Positions 13,563 to 22,004 of a stretch of 64,000 bases of DNA are shown here, one piece after another. Location: the NCBI GenBank assembly GCA_963776375.1, contig CAVZMF010000005.1:625595-689594 (forward strand), in the 5' to 3' direction. The position numbers and the translations under genes are program-made. Every line of letters begins with the position of its first letter. Within the stretch, counting starts at the first letter, position 1. This DNA comes from an uncultured Actinomycetes bacterium (GTDB lineage Bacteria > Actinomycetota > Thermoleophilia > Gaiellales > Gaiellaceae). The notes below the pieces were generated by a model. The model ran no database searches and had not been told where the DNA came from. It saw nothing but the letters and a program-made list of their open reading frames with translations.

Positions 13563-13878
13563 CCGTCTGGCGACGAAGCCGGCGGCGGCGCCGGGCTCGT
13601 CGTGCTTTCAGGGGTCGAGCGGGTAAACGTTCGGAGGAGGTTAGGTGCCCCATCCAGCAATACATACCGGCTTCTGGCCCGCGATCACGCGGCGCGCTGC
13701 CTTTCCGCTCCGGCGCCGGCGAAGCCGACACCTCCGCTCCTGGGCCGGCTCCGTCGAGCCTACGCCGGCCGCGTCCTCAGTCGCGCCCGTATCGGCTGAT
13801 ACGAGCGCTCCCTGCGTCCTTGCATCGCTTGGTGCTCGCGACCCAGAATCTCGGCAGCATTACTGGAGGTGGCACTAA

Positions 13879-15708
13879 ATGTGCGGAATCATCGGGTACG
13901 TCGGCCGGAGGCCGTGCAAGGATCTGCTGCTCTCCGGGCTCGAGCGCCTCGAGTACCGGGGCTATGACTCGGCCGGCATCGCGCTCCTCGAGGACGGGGC
14001 GCTCGAGTACACGCGCGCCGTCGGCCCGCTGGCGAAGCTGAAGGAGAGCGCCGGCTCCAACGGCTCCCGTGCGATCACCGGCCTGGGCCACACGCGCTGG
14101 GCGACGCACGGTGCCGTCACCGAGGCGAACGCGCACCCGCTGACCGGCTGCGACGACGCCCGCCTGTCGATCGTCCTCAACGGCATCGTCGAGAACTATC
14201 GCGAGCTGAAGGACGGCCTCGAGGCCGAGGGGCACACGTTCTCCTCCCAGACCGACGCCGAGACCGTCTCGCACCTGATCGAGCGCCACTACACGGGCGA
14301 CCTCGTCGAGGCGGTCCGCAAGGCGTACGCCGAGATGGAGGGCCATTTCACCTTCGTGGCCATCCACGCCGACCATCCCGAGCTGCTCGTGGGCGCGCGG
14401 TACGAGACGCCGCTCGTCGTCGGCATCGGCCACGGAGAGGCCTTCCTGGCCTCGAACGCCGCGGCCTTCCTCTCGGAGACGCGCCGCGTGCACTTCCCCG
14501 CCGACGGCGACGTCGTCGCGATCACCCCGGACGGGGTGACGTTCCAGCGCGTCGACGGCACGCCGGTCGAGCACGAGCTGATCGAGCTCGACTGGGACAT
14601 CGAGGGCGCAGAGAAGGGCGGCTTCGAGACCTTCATGCTCAAGGAGATCTACGAGCAGCCCGAGGCCGTCGCCGAGACGATCGGCGACCGCCTGCGCCAC
14701 GGCCGGCTATGCCTCGAGGGCCTGGGGATGCCGGACGAGGAGCTCCGCGACCTGAACCGCATCGTCATCCTCGCGACGGGCACCGCCTACCACGCGGGCG
14801 TCGCGGCGCGGTACGCGATCGAGGAGTGGGCGCGCATCCCGGTCGAGCACGACATCGCCTCCGAGTGGATCTACCGGAACCCCGTGCTCGACGAGAAGAC
14901 GCTCGTCCTCGGGATCTCGCAATCGGGGGAGACCCGCGACACGATCGGCGCCATGCAGCTCGCACGACAGATGGGCGCGCGCACGGTCGCGGTCACGAAC
15001 ATGATGGGCGCGCAGATCACGCGCGAGGTGGACTCGGTGCTGTACACCCGCGCAGGCCTCGAGATATCCGTGTGCGCGACGAAGACGTTCACCGCGCAGC
15101 TCTCGTTGCTCTTCCTGATCGCGCTCAAGCTGGCACAGGTGCGCGAGACGATGCCGGCCGCCGAGCTCGAGTTCATCGTCAACGCCGTCTACCAGCTGCC
15201 CGCGCAGATGACGCAGTTCCTCGACGGCAACCATCCGATCGACGACATCGCCCGGCGCTTCTACGACCGGCCGTTCTTCCTCTACCTGGGCCGCAACATC
15301 GGGCTGCCGGTGGCGCTCGAGGGCGCGCTCAAGCTGAAGGAGATCTCGTACATCCCGACCGAGGCGTACTCGGCGGGCGAGATGAAGCACGGGCCGATCG
15401 CCCTGCTCGACGAGTCGACGCCGGTCGTCGTCGTGGCGACGCGCATGGAGCGCCTGTACGAGAAGCTGGTCTCGAACATCCAGGAGGTGCGCGCCCGCGG
15501 CGCACACGTGATCGCCATCGCGAGCGACGATAACGAGGACATTCAGCACCACGCGGACGACGTGATCTACGTACCGAACGCGCCCGCGTTCCTCTCGGCG
15601 ATCCTGGCCGTGATCCCGCTGCAGCTCCTCGCCTACCGCATCGCCCGGCTGCGCGGCCTCCCGGTCGACCAGCCGCGCAACCTGGCCAAGACGGTCACGG
15701 TCGAGTAG
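13879..15708 (+). CDS. glmS: Glutamine--fructose-6-phosphate aminotransferase
   Basis: 609 aa. N-terminal MCGIIGY (Ntn Cys), two SIS domains and C-terminal NLAKTVTVE*. SD ggaggtg lies 8 nt upstream. Confidence 0.97.
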   Translation: MCGIIGYVGRRPCKDLLLSGLERLEYRGYDSAGIALLEDGALEYTRAVGPLAKLKESAGSNGSRAITGLGHTRWATHGAVTEANAHPLTGCDDARLSIVLNGIVENYRELKDGLEAEGHTFSSQTDAETVSHLIERHYTGDLVEAVRKAYAEMEGHFTFVAIHADHPELLVGARYETPLVVGIGHGEAFLASNAAAFLSETRRVHFPADGDVVAITPDGVTFQRVDGTPVEHELIELDWDIEGAEKGGFETFMLKEIYEQPEAVAETIGDRLRHGRLCLEGLGMPDEELRDLNRIVILATGTAYHAGVAARYAIEEWARIPVEHDIASEWIYRNPVLDEKTLVLGISQSGETRDTIGAMQLARQMGARTVAVTNMMGAQITREVDSVLYTRAGLEISVCATKTFTAQLSLLFLIALKLAQVRETMPAAELEFIVNAVYQLPAQMTQFLDGNHPIDDIARRFYDRPFFLYLGRNIGLPVALEGALKLKEISYIPTEAYSAGEMKHGPIALLDESTPVVVVATRMERLYEKLVSNIQEVRARGAHVIAIASDDNEDIQHHADDVIYVPNAPAFLSAILAVIPLQLLAYRIARLRGLPVDQPRNLAKTVTVE

Positions 15709-15733
15709 CCCCGAGACCCCGCGCAGCCGGGGA

Positions 15734-16867
15734 GTGAAGTCTCGGCGTGAGGCTGCCGATACGGATGGAATGGCTGCGCGGCCTCGTCGCATCGTCCTGC
15801 CACGTCCTCGACCGGCGGTCGAAGCCGCCCCGGGCCGGGGGTGGGGGCGAACCGTGTACGCATGGACCATCGGCCTTCTGCTGCGCGGGCTGTCGAGGCT
15901 CGAGCATCTGATCGATTCGTCCGACTCGAGCCAGACGGGCGGCGCGAAGTTCTTCCGCAAGGTGCTCGCGCTCGGCTTCGGCGTGTACGCCGTCGTCCTC
16001 GAGGTGACGGGCATCCTCCACGGAGACGTGCCCTTGACCCCGCTGCTCGTCGGGATGCTCGCCGTCGCCGTTTTCATCGGGCGCGGCGGCCGGTTCATCT
16101 ACTACTTCGTCCCGTTCTGCCTGGGGCTGGTCTCCTACCTGCTCGCCGGGCAGGTCGTCTCCCAGTACAAGCTCCCGGTTCACTACACGCCGCAGATCAG
16201 GCTCGAGGAGTGGCTGACGCCCGGGCCGCTGCCGACGCTCTGGCTGCAGGAGCACCTGTACCACGGCAAGACCGGCCCGCTCGAGATCTTCTCCGTGGCC
16301 ATGTACGTCTCGCATTTCTGGGTCCCACTCGTCCTCGGGTTCGCGCTGATCGTCACGGGCCGAGGTCACGCGTTCCCGCGGCTCATGTTCACGATGCTGA
16401 CGGCGCTCGTGCTGGCCGAGATCACGTTCATCCTCGTGCCCACGGCGCCTCCCTGGCTGGCGTCGGAGCAGGGGTACCTTCCGCCCGTCCACCACATGCT
16501 GAAGACGAGCCTGTACGACCTCCATCTCACGCAACTCGCCTCGCTGCTGGGCGACGCGCACCGCTACGACGTCACGGCGGCCGTTCCGTCGCTCCACGTG
16601 GCGTTTCCGCTGATCTGCATCCTCGTCGCCGTGCGGTTCGGGCTGCCGCGGTGGGTCGTCGTCTTCCTTGCGCTGAACACGCTCGGAGTCGTCTTCTCGA
16701 TCGTGTACATGGGTGAGCACTACCTGGTCGACGGGATCGCCGGCGCGGCGTACGCAGGGGTGGCCTGGTGGATCGTCCAGCGCTTCCACGGTCGCGAGTC
16801 GAAGGCATCGGCCCCGGCCGTGCCCGGCGACTCCGAGCCGCTCGGCGTCACCGCCCGCGCCCGCTGA
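15734..16867 (+). CDS. PAP2-superfamily (PAP2_3/AUR1-like) integral membrane protein
   Basis: Multi-TM protein ending with the motifs PSLHVAF and GEHYLVDGIAG. Start is uncertain: GTG 15734 or ATG 15770. Confidence 0.7.
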   Translation: MKSRREAADTDGMAARPRRIVLPRPRPAVEAAPGRGWGRTVYAWTIGLLLRGLSRLEHLIDSSDSSQTGGAKFFRKVLALGFGVYAVVLEVTGILHGDVPLTPLLVGMLAVAVFIGRGGRFIYYFVPFCLGLVSYLLAGQVVSQYKLPVHYTPQIRLEEWLTPGPLPTLWLQEHLYHGKTGPLEIFSVAMYVSHFWVPLVLGFALIVTGRGHAFPRLMFTMLTALVLAEITFILVPTAPPWLASEQGYLPPVHHMLKTSLYDLHLTQLASLLGDAHRYDVTAAVPSLHVAFPLICILVAVRFGLPRWVVVFLALNTLGVVFSIVYMGEHYLVDGIAGAAYAGVAWWIVQRFHGRESKASAPAVPGDSEPLGVTARAR

Positions 16868-16871
16868 AGCG

Positions 16872-17228
16872 CTAGGCGGCGTCGAGCACGAGCCCGTCGC
16901 CCTCGTGCAGGTCGCAGCGCTCGCAGGTGCCGGCGGGGAGCTCGAGCACCGCATGGGCGCGGAACCTGGCCGCCATGCGCCAGGGTGCGAGGTCGCGGAC
17001 GACCTTGAGGACGGTCAGGTCGCGGGCGAGGAAGACGGCGTCGATGGGGAAGCGCATGAAGGCCATGTGGATCGACGAGGCCGGTCGCAGCAGAATGCCC
17101 TCGCCCTGCGGCAGCTCCGCGCGCCCCAGCAGGCCCCTGGTGCGAAGCCACGGGCTGTCCGCGATCAGGCATGCGTCGCAGACGAGGGTTCCTCCGCTCG
17201 TGCGCACCGCCGAGAAGCGTCCGGCCAC
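16872..17228 (-). CDS. DUF192 (COG1430) domain protein
   Basis: 118 aa. RTRGLLGR...GILLRPASSIHMAFMRFPIDAVFLARDLTVLKV..LAPW...AHAVLELPAG fits the DUF192 pattern. GTG 17228 lies 3 nt after the upstream stop. Confidence 0.7.
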   Translation of the reverse strand: MAGRFSAVRTSGGTLVCDACLIADSPWLRTRGLLGRAELPQGEGILLRPASSIHMAFMRFPIDAVFLARDLTVLKVVRDLAPWRMAARFRAHAVLELPAGTCERCDLHEGDGLVLDAA

Positions 17229-17230
17229 GA

Positions 17231-18250
17231 CTAGTACCCGATGTGGATGTGGTTGTAGTGGTCGGGCAGCGCGAACGACGGGCCGCCCAGCGTCATCAGC
17301 GAGATCACCTGCGCCGGCTCGACCGACGCCGGCAGGGCGAGGATCTGCTCGATGGTCCGCTCGGTGACGCTGCCCGTGCCCTGGTGGCCGAGGATCGGCG
17401 TGTTTCCGACCGCGCTGATGTCGACGGCGCGGCCGTAGACGTGCGCGGAGACGACACCGGGCCGGCCGTGCACGAAGCGCGAGTGGCCCGAGATCAGGCA
17501 GGACACGCTGACTTCGCCGTTCGCCTGTGCGAGGTACTCGACAACCGCGAGGATGCGAACGTCGACCCGGCCGGCGGCGATGTCGTCGCGCCCGCCCGGG
17601 TAGATCTGCACACGCGGGTCGGCCAGCACCTGCCGTGCGAGTTGGTCGTGGGACGCATCGAGTCCCGTGAGGATCGTCTGCGTGCCGAGCGCCTGCACGT
17701 AGATGCCGAGGGCGACGGCGCGGTCGCTCGGCCGCACGACGGGCTTGGGGAAGGGCACTGCATGCGGGACCGGACGCACGGACGGGCCGACCCGGCGCGC
17801 CGCGATGCCGGCGAGCTCGAGACGGCGCACCAGGCGGAGGCGCGCTGCGTGCGCTGCCTGCGCGCGCTTCAGCGCCTGCTTCAGCGCCTGCTTCAGCGCC
17901 AGAGCGTGCTCGCGGGCCACGACGGACGGAGGAACGATGGGCGCCAGGGCTGCGTCCGTGGGGCCGGCGACCGGGACGACGACGAGCCCGACGGCCGTGC
18001 ACGCGCAGAGGAGTCCGAGGCGTCGCGCGACCCTGCGTGTACGGGGAGCCCGTACGGGCGCGGCCTCGCTCGTCGCGGCGGGCGGCCGGTAGTCGGACAC
18101 GGCCGGTCCGGGCGACCAGCCGGCCAGCAACGCGCCGCGGACAACCACGGAGCCCGGGCGCTGCAAGCTCGCAGGGCGCGTGGTCAGCACCGTGGTTCGG
18201 GCGCTGGCCTCGAGCCTCGCGCCGTTCGTCGAACGGGAGAGCGCCGGCAT
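17231..18250 (-). CDS. LAS-fold zinc metallopeptidase (M15/VanY-like cell-wall hydrolase candidate)
   Basis: The C-terminal domain has SGHSRF, SAHVYGRAVDI (H-x6-D) and DHYNHIHIGY* (HxH). An internal TM/signal-like segment is RRLGLLCACTAVGLVVVPVAG. Start is uncertain: ATG 18250 or a downstream GTG. Confidence 0.65.
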   Translation of the reverse strand: MPALSRSTNGARLEASARTTVLTTRPASLQRPGSVVVRGALLAGWSPGPAVSDYRPPAATSEAAPVRAPRTRRVARRLGLLCACTAVGLVVVPVAGPTDAALAPIVPPSVVAREHALALKQALKQALKRAQAAHAARLRLVRRLELAGIAARRVGPSVRPVPHAVPFPKPVVRPSDRAVALGIYVQALGTQTILTGLDASHDQLARQVLADPRVQIYPGGRDDIAAGRVDVRILAVVEYLAQANGEVSVSCLISGHSRFVHGRPGVVSAHVYGRAVDISAVGNTPILGHQGTGSVTERTIEQILALPASVEPAQVISLMTLGGPSFALPDHYNHIHIGY

Positions 18251-18351
18251 GGGCGGCTCTATGGAGCAGGGGAAAGGGGAGTGGGCGCCGCCGAGCCTGC
18301 GGCTGCGACAGCACCGGCGACAACCGCGGCGGCGAGTGCGGCCAGCTTCAT

Positions 18352-18470
18352 GACCGCAGACATCGGCCAGAGGCAGCCGACACCGCTCACCCGATCGAGT
18401 GAGGTCGCAGCGTCGGCGCATCCCTCGACCGAGGGAGGGCAGGCCGATCCCCGGCTCCGATTCGTGAAGA
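18352..18470 (-). promoter_or_regulatory. Structured 5' leader of the LAS peptidase gene; weak resemblance to the ydaO-class c-di-AMP riboswitch
   Basis: On the minus strand, AAUCGGAGCCGGGGAUCGGCC opens a closing helix AUCGGCC/GGCCGAU. That helix encloses two hairpins: CCCUC-GGUC-GAGGG, and GCCGAC..CUCAC-UCGAUCGG-GUGAG..GUCGGC. Motif order AAUC-GAGC-GGGGA ... GGGUGA resembles RF00379 (by eye only). Confidence 0.25.
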
Positions 18471-19580
18471 GTGAGACGTGGCACGCCCCGCGCGGCGGAC
18501 GAGCGTTCGTCGGATGCCCTGGTCGCCGTCGGCGCGTTCGGCGTGTTGCTGCTCGGCGTCTTCTTCGGCCTCTGCCACCTGTTCGACTTCCACGTCTTCT
18601 GGACCGCCGGTCGCGATGTCCTGCACGGACGGTCTCCCTACCCTCCGATCGAGAGCATCGCGTCCGACGAGAAGAACTACTACGTCTACCCGCCGCTCGT
18701 CGCCGTGCTGAGCGCGCCGCTCGGGCTCTTGCCGTTTCCGGTCGCCGGCGCGCTGGCGGCGGCTCTGCTCGTGGCCGCGATGTACCTGAGCCTGCGGATC
18801 CTCGGCGTCCGCGACTGGGGTTGCTACGCGGTCTGCCTCGTCTGGGCGGCGACCCTGCAGGCGATCACGCTGGGCACCGTCGGGCCGCTGCTCGCACTTC
18901 TCCTCGCGATCGTCTGGCGCTACCGGAACCGCGACGTGATCTGTGCCCTCGCCGTCGCAGCGGCGGTCTGCCTGAAGGTGTTCCTGTGGCCCGTGCTGCT
19001 CTGGCTGGTTGCGATGCGGCGCTACCGCGCCGGCGCGATGTCGTTCGCCTTCGCACTAGGCGCGGCCCTCGCGAGCTGGGCTGCGATCGGCTTCGCCGGC
19101 CTCACGAGCTATCCCCGACTGCTCTCACGCCTCAGCTCGGTCGAGGAAGGACGCTCGTTCTCGATCACGGCTCTTGGCCACGCGCTCGGCCTCCCGTCGC
19201 TCGTCGGGCACCTGGCGCTGGCGGTCGCAGGTCTTGGCTTCCTCGTGGCGATCGGCGTCCTCGCGAGGCGGCCCGACGGGGATAGACGGGCCTTCACCGT
19301 GGCGGTTGCCGCGTCGCTGGCGCTGACGCCGATCCTCTGGCTGCACTATCTCTGCATCCTGGCCGTGCCGATCGCGATCCGGAGCCCGCGCCTGGATCGC
19401 ATCTGGATGGTCCCGGCGCTCCTGGCCCTGCCGATTCCGACGTCGGGCGGAAACGCTCTCGTCATCCTGTGGGGCCTCGGAGTCGGCACGGCAACCTTCG
19501 TCGCGCTGCTCAGGACCGCGTCGCCCTCTGCGACCGCGTGTCCGGCCGTGGCCGGGCCGGTCGCGGGCGTCCGCGTCTAG
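18471..19580 (+). CDS. GT87/DUF2029-family polytopic membrane glycosyltransferase
   Basis: 369 aa with about 10 TM segments. N-terminal loop motif LFDFHVFWTAGRDVLHGRSPY...YVYPPLVAVL is typical of DUF2029 mannosyltransferase-like proteins. Confidence 0.7.
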   Translation: MRRGTPRAADERSSDALVAVGAFGVLLLGVFFGLCHLFDFHVFWTAGRDVLHGRSPYPPIESIASDEKNYYVYPPLVAVLSAPLGLLPFPVAGALAAALLVAAMYLSLRILGVRDWGCYAVCLVWAATLQAITLGTVGPLLALLLAIVWRYRNRDVICALAVAAAVCLKVFLWPVLLWLVAMRRYRAGAMSFAFALGAALASWAAIGFAGLTSYPRLLSRLSSVEEGRSFSITALGHALGLPSLVGHLALAVAGLGFLVAIGVLARRPDGDRRAFTVAVAASLALTPILWLHYLCILAVPIAIRSPRLDRIWMVPALLALPIPTSGGNALVILWGLGVGTATFVALLRTASPSATACPAVAGPVAGVRV

Positions 19581-19706
19581 AGAAAGCTCGAGCCCGGACG
19601 AGCGTTCATCCCAACGAGGGATCGGCGCGCCTGCCCTGGGAGGCCGATGACAGAACCGCGGAGCACTCCGCGATCGTCTTCTTCGACCTTCGAAGGGAGG
19701 GAAACC

Positions 19707-19871
19707 ATGATCTCGAAGCCGTTCTTGAGACTCCGGAGCCAGGAGGAGGGCCAGACGATGGCGGAGTACGCCGTCGTGCTGGGCGTCATCACGCTGGCCG
19801 TCGTCGGCGTGTTCACGGCGCTGGCGGGCGGAATCAGCGGCGCTATCAGCGCTGTCACGACCGCAATTTGA
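19707..19871 (+). CDS. flp: Flp/Fap-family prepilin, copy 1
   Basis: 54 aa with SD gggaggga. Leader MISKPFLRLRSQEEG, then Flp motif G|QTMAEYAVVL (Glu +5, Tyr +6) and a hydrophobic mature segment. Confidence 0.85.
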   Translation: MISKPFLRLRSQEEGQTMAEYAVVLGVITLAVVGVFTALAGGISGAISAVTTAI

Positions 19872-20027
19872 TCACCGAACTTTGACCGAATGACTACCAC
19901 CGACGAGTGAATCACGACCACTTCACCTGCCTGAGGGATCGCCGGTACCGGCATTTCCAGCGATCTTTTGAACTGGTGAGAAGCCCATCAAGCCTTCGAG
20001 CTACTCGAGAGGAGGTGAGCAAAGGAA

Positions 20028-20204
20028 ATGACGATCTCTGACTACATCAACCTCGTCAAGACGGTGCAGAAGCGCGAGGAGGGACAGACGATGGCGGAGT
20101 ACGCCGTCGTGCTGGGAGTGATCACTCTCGCCGTTGTCGGTGTCTTCACAGCCCTCTCGGGTGGCATCTCGGGCGCGATCAGCGCGGTCACCACCGCCAT
20201 CTAG
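20028..20204 (+). CDS. flp: Flp/Fap-family prepilin, copy 2 (58 aa, absent from the ORF track)
   Basis: MTISDYINLVKTVQKREEG|QTMAEYAVVLGVITLAVVGVFTALSGGISGAISAVTTAI*. SD gaggagg lies upstream. The mature part differs from copy 1 by 1 aa but by 18 synonymous codons. Confidence 0.85.
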   Translation: MTISDYINLVKTVQKREEGQTMAEYAVVLGVITLAVVGVFTALSGGISGAISAVTTAI

Positions 20205-20220
20205 ACATGAAAACAGCTAG

Positions 20221-20248
20221 GGGTGGGCTCGGAAAGCCGGGCCCACCC
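20221..20248 (+). terminator. Hairpin (attenuator or terminator) after flp copy 2
   Basis: gggtgggc / 12-nt loop / gcccaccc, 17 nt after the stop. Confidence 0.45.
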
Positions 20249-20285
20249 TCGGTCTCGTCTTAGAACATCGAATTCTTTGACCAAG

Positions 20286-20711
20286 ATGATTCATAGATTC
20301 CGACGGATATTGGAGCTAGATCGCGGCCAGGCCATGGTCGAATTCGCCATCATCATTCCGATGCTGCTCACCGTGATGCTGGCGATCTACCAATTCGGAG
20401 TCCTTTACAACAACTGGGTGACGTTGACCGACGCAGCTCGGGCCGGCGCCAGGCAGGCGGCGGTGTGTCGTGCGGGATGCTCTCCCGATCCCGTCACGAG
20501 AGCAAAGCAGTCGGCTGCTTCTCTGAATTGGAGTAAGAGCGGTGCCAGCGTCACGCTCGGCTACTGCACGAGCGGAACATGTGGCAGCGGCGGTACCGCG
20601 ACTGCAGGCGGCAACACGACGGTCTGTACGAACTATCCCTACTCGATCAAGATCTTGCTCACCGTGAAGAGCGGAACGCTGACGGCATGTACGACGGAAC
20701 GTGTGGAGTGA
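20286..20711 (+). CDS. TadE-like pseudopilin
   Basis: 141 aa. The N-terminus RGQAMVEFAIIIPMLLTVMLAIYQFG matches the TadE-like (PF07811) motif. Confidence 0.75.
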   Translation: MIHRFRRILELDRGQAMVEFAIIIPMLLTVMLAIYQFGVLYNNWVTLTDAARAGARQAAVCRAGCSPDPVTRAKQSAASLNWSKSGASVTLGYCTSGTCGSGGTATAGGNTTVCTNYPYSIKILLTVKSGTLTACTTERVE

Positions 20712-20745
20712 GAGCGGTCGCCAACGACGACAAGGCGGTAGGACG

Positions 20746-21813
20746 ATGCACGCACGCTTTCTAGAGAACATCCCCAGGGTCCGAATCCGAGGGCGCGATG
20801 TCTCGTCACGCTCCGAGACGGGCCAGGTCCTGCCGCTGATGGCCGTCGCGCTTGCCTCTTTGATCGGCTTCGCGGGACTCGCGGTCGACGTCGGCGGCGC
20901 GTACGAGACACACCGGCAGACGCAGCAGGCGGCCGACGCATCGGCGCTCGGCGCAGCGCAGTTCCTTCCAAGCAACACATCCCTGGCGACGAGCACGGCC
21001 AACGCACTGCGGGCCCAGAATCTCCCGAACGGGACGATCAACACGCCGACCTACGGTTCCTGCTACGGCGTCGCGAACACGAAGGTGACGGTGACGGCGA
21101 ACAAGGACCTGTCCGGCTACTTCTCGAAGCTGTTCGCGGGGAAGAAGGCGCATGCGAGCGCGACCGCGTGCGTCGGCAGCTACACGGGCTGGTCGACGAA
21201 CATCGCTCCCTGGGCGATCGACAAGAACAACATCACCTGGGGTACGACCGTCCAGTTCAAGACCCAGACCGCAGGGACCTCGGGCAACTTCGGCGGCGCG
21301 AACCTCCCGATCATCCAGTACAGCTGCACGATCGGCACGGGCGGAAACGACTATCGCGACCTGATCGACAACTCGGACCAGTCCTGCCTCGTCAAGGTGG
21401 GTGACGTTCTCCAGTCGAAGACGGGAAACCTGGCCGGACCAACGCAACAGGGTCTGGACCAGCGCGTCGTCAATGGCCAGAACGTCCAGAAACCCTACTG
21501 CCTCACGCCGTCTGCGTGTCCGATTCTCGCCCTGCAGCCGGACGGCACCTATCGCCTCACGACGTACAACCACCCCAACCTGATCGTGATCCCAGTCGTC
21601 GACAAGATCTCCAACGGAAAGACGACGTACACCGTCGTCGGATTCGCCTGGTTCATCATCCAGAACTACGACAACAAGGACGTCTGGGGCATGTTCATCG
21701 GCTCGGAGGCGCCCAACGGGGCAAAGTGCCCGACCGCCAGCGATGCGAACGCATCGTGTCCCGTCGGCGGGTACACGGATCTCGGCTTCACCGTCGTCTC
21801 GTTGACGGGATGA
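20746..21813 (+). CDS. TadG-like (Tad domain) pilus assembly protein
   Basis: ETGQVLPLMAVALASLIGFAGLAVDVGGAYETHRQTQQAADASALGAA matches the PF13400 pattern. It has a large Cys-containing extracellular domain. Confidence 0.7.
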   Translation: MHARFLENIPRVRIRGRDVSSRSETGQVLPLMAVALASLIGFAGLAVDVGGAYETHRQTQQAADASALGAAQFLPSNTSLATSTANALRAQNLPNGTINTPTYGSCYGVANTKVTVTANKDLSGYFSKLFAGKKAHASATACVGSYTGWSTNIAPWAIDKNNITWGTTVQFKTQTAGTSGNFGGANLPIIQYSCTIGTGGNDYRDLIDNSDQSCLVKVGDVLQSKTGNLAGPTQQGLDQRVVNGQNVQKPYCLTPSACPILALQPDGTYRLTTYNHPNLIVIPVVDKISNGKTTYTVVGFAWFIIQNYDNKDVWGMFIGSEAPNGAKCPTASDANASCPVGGYTDLGFTVVSLTG

Positions 21814-21837
21814 GGCTTCCCCCGACACTGCCGAAAC

Positions 21838-21865
21838 GACGTCGCGGGCAGATGCCCGCGACGTC
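21838..21865 (+). terminator. Perfect 12-bp hairpin after the tadG-like gene
   Basis: gacgtcgcgggc / agat / gcccgcgacgtc. Confidence 0.55.
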
Positions 21866-22004
21866 TGCTTGGCCCCAAATGTGGGCGCTTCGAGCGAGCA
21901 AATGGAGTTCGTCAAAGACCCTTCAAGTTTCGCGGCGGGCCTGCCGATAAGCCGACCAGCCGTCGTGAGCGGCGAGTCCCCCGACAAAAAGGAATAAACG
22001 AGCT

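Noticed and set aside
13645-13878. 77-aa ORF with a GGAGGAGG Shine-Dalgarno sequence, ending at the glmS ATG
   Set aside because: Third-position GC is only about 69%, against about 90% in neighbouring genes. The peptide is Arg/Pro/Ser-rich without motifs. It is more likely part of the glmS leader RNA.
13563-13878. glmS ribozyme upstream of glmS
   Set aside because: The conserved core segments of RF00234 could not be located by eye. This is kept only as a low-interest note about a long leader.
18259-18351. 30-codon signal-peptide-like mini-ORF (MKLAALAAAVVAGAVAAAGSAAPTPLSPAP*) as a separate secreted-peptide gene
   Set aside because: It has no ribosome-binding site and modest GC3 (~70%), and it lies within the structured leader of the LAS peptidase gene. 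It could be a chance ORF or a displaced N-terminus, so it is not called as a gene.
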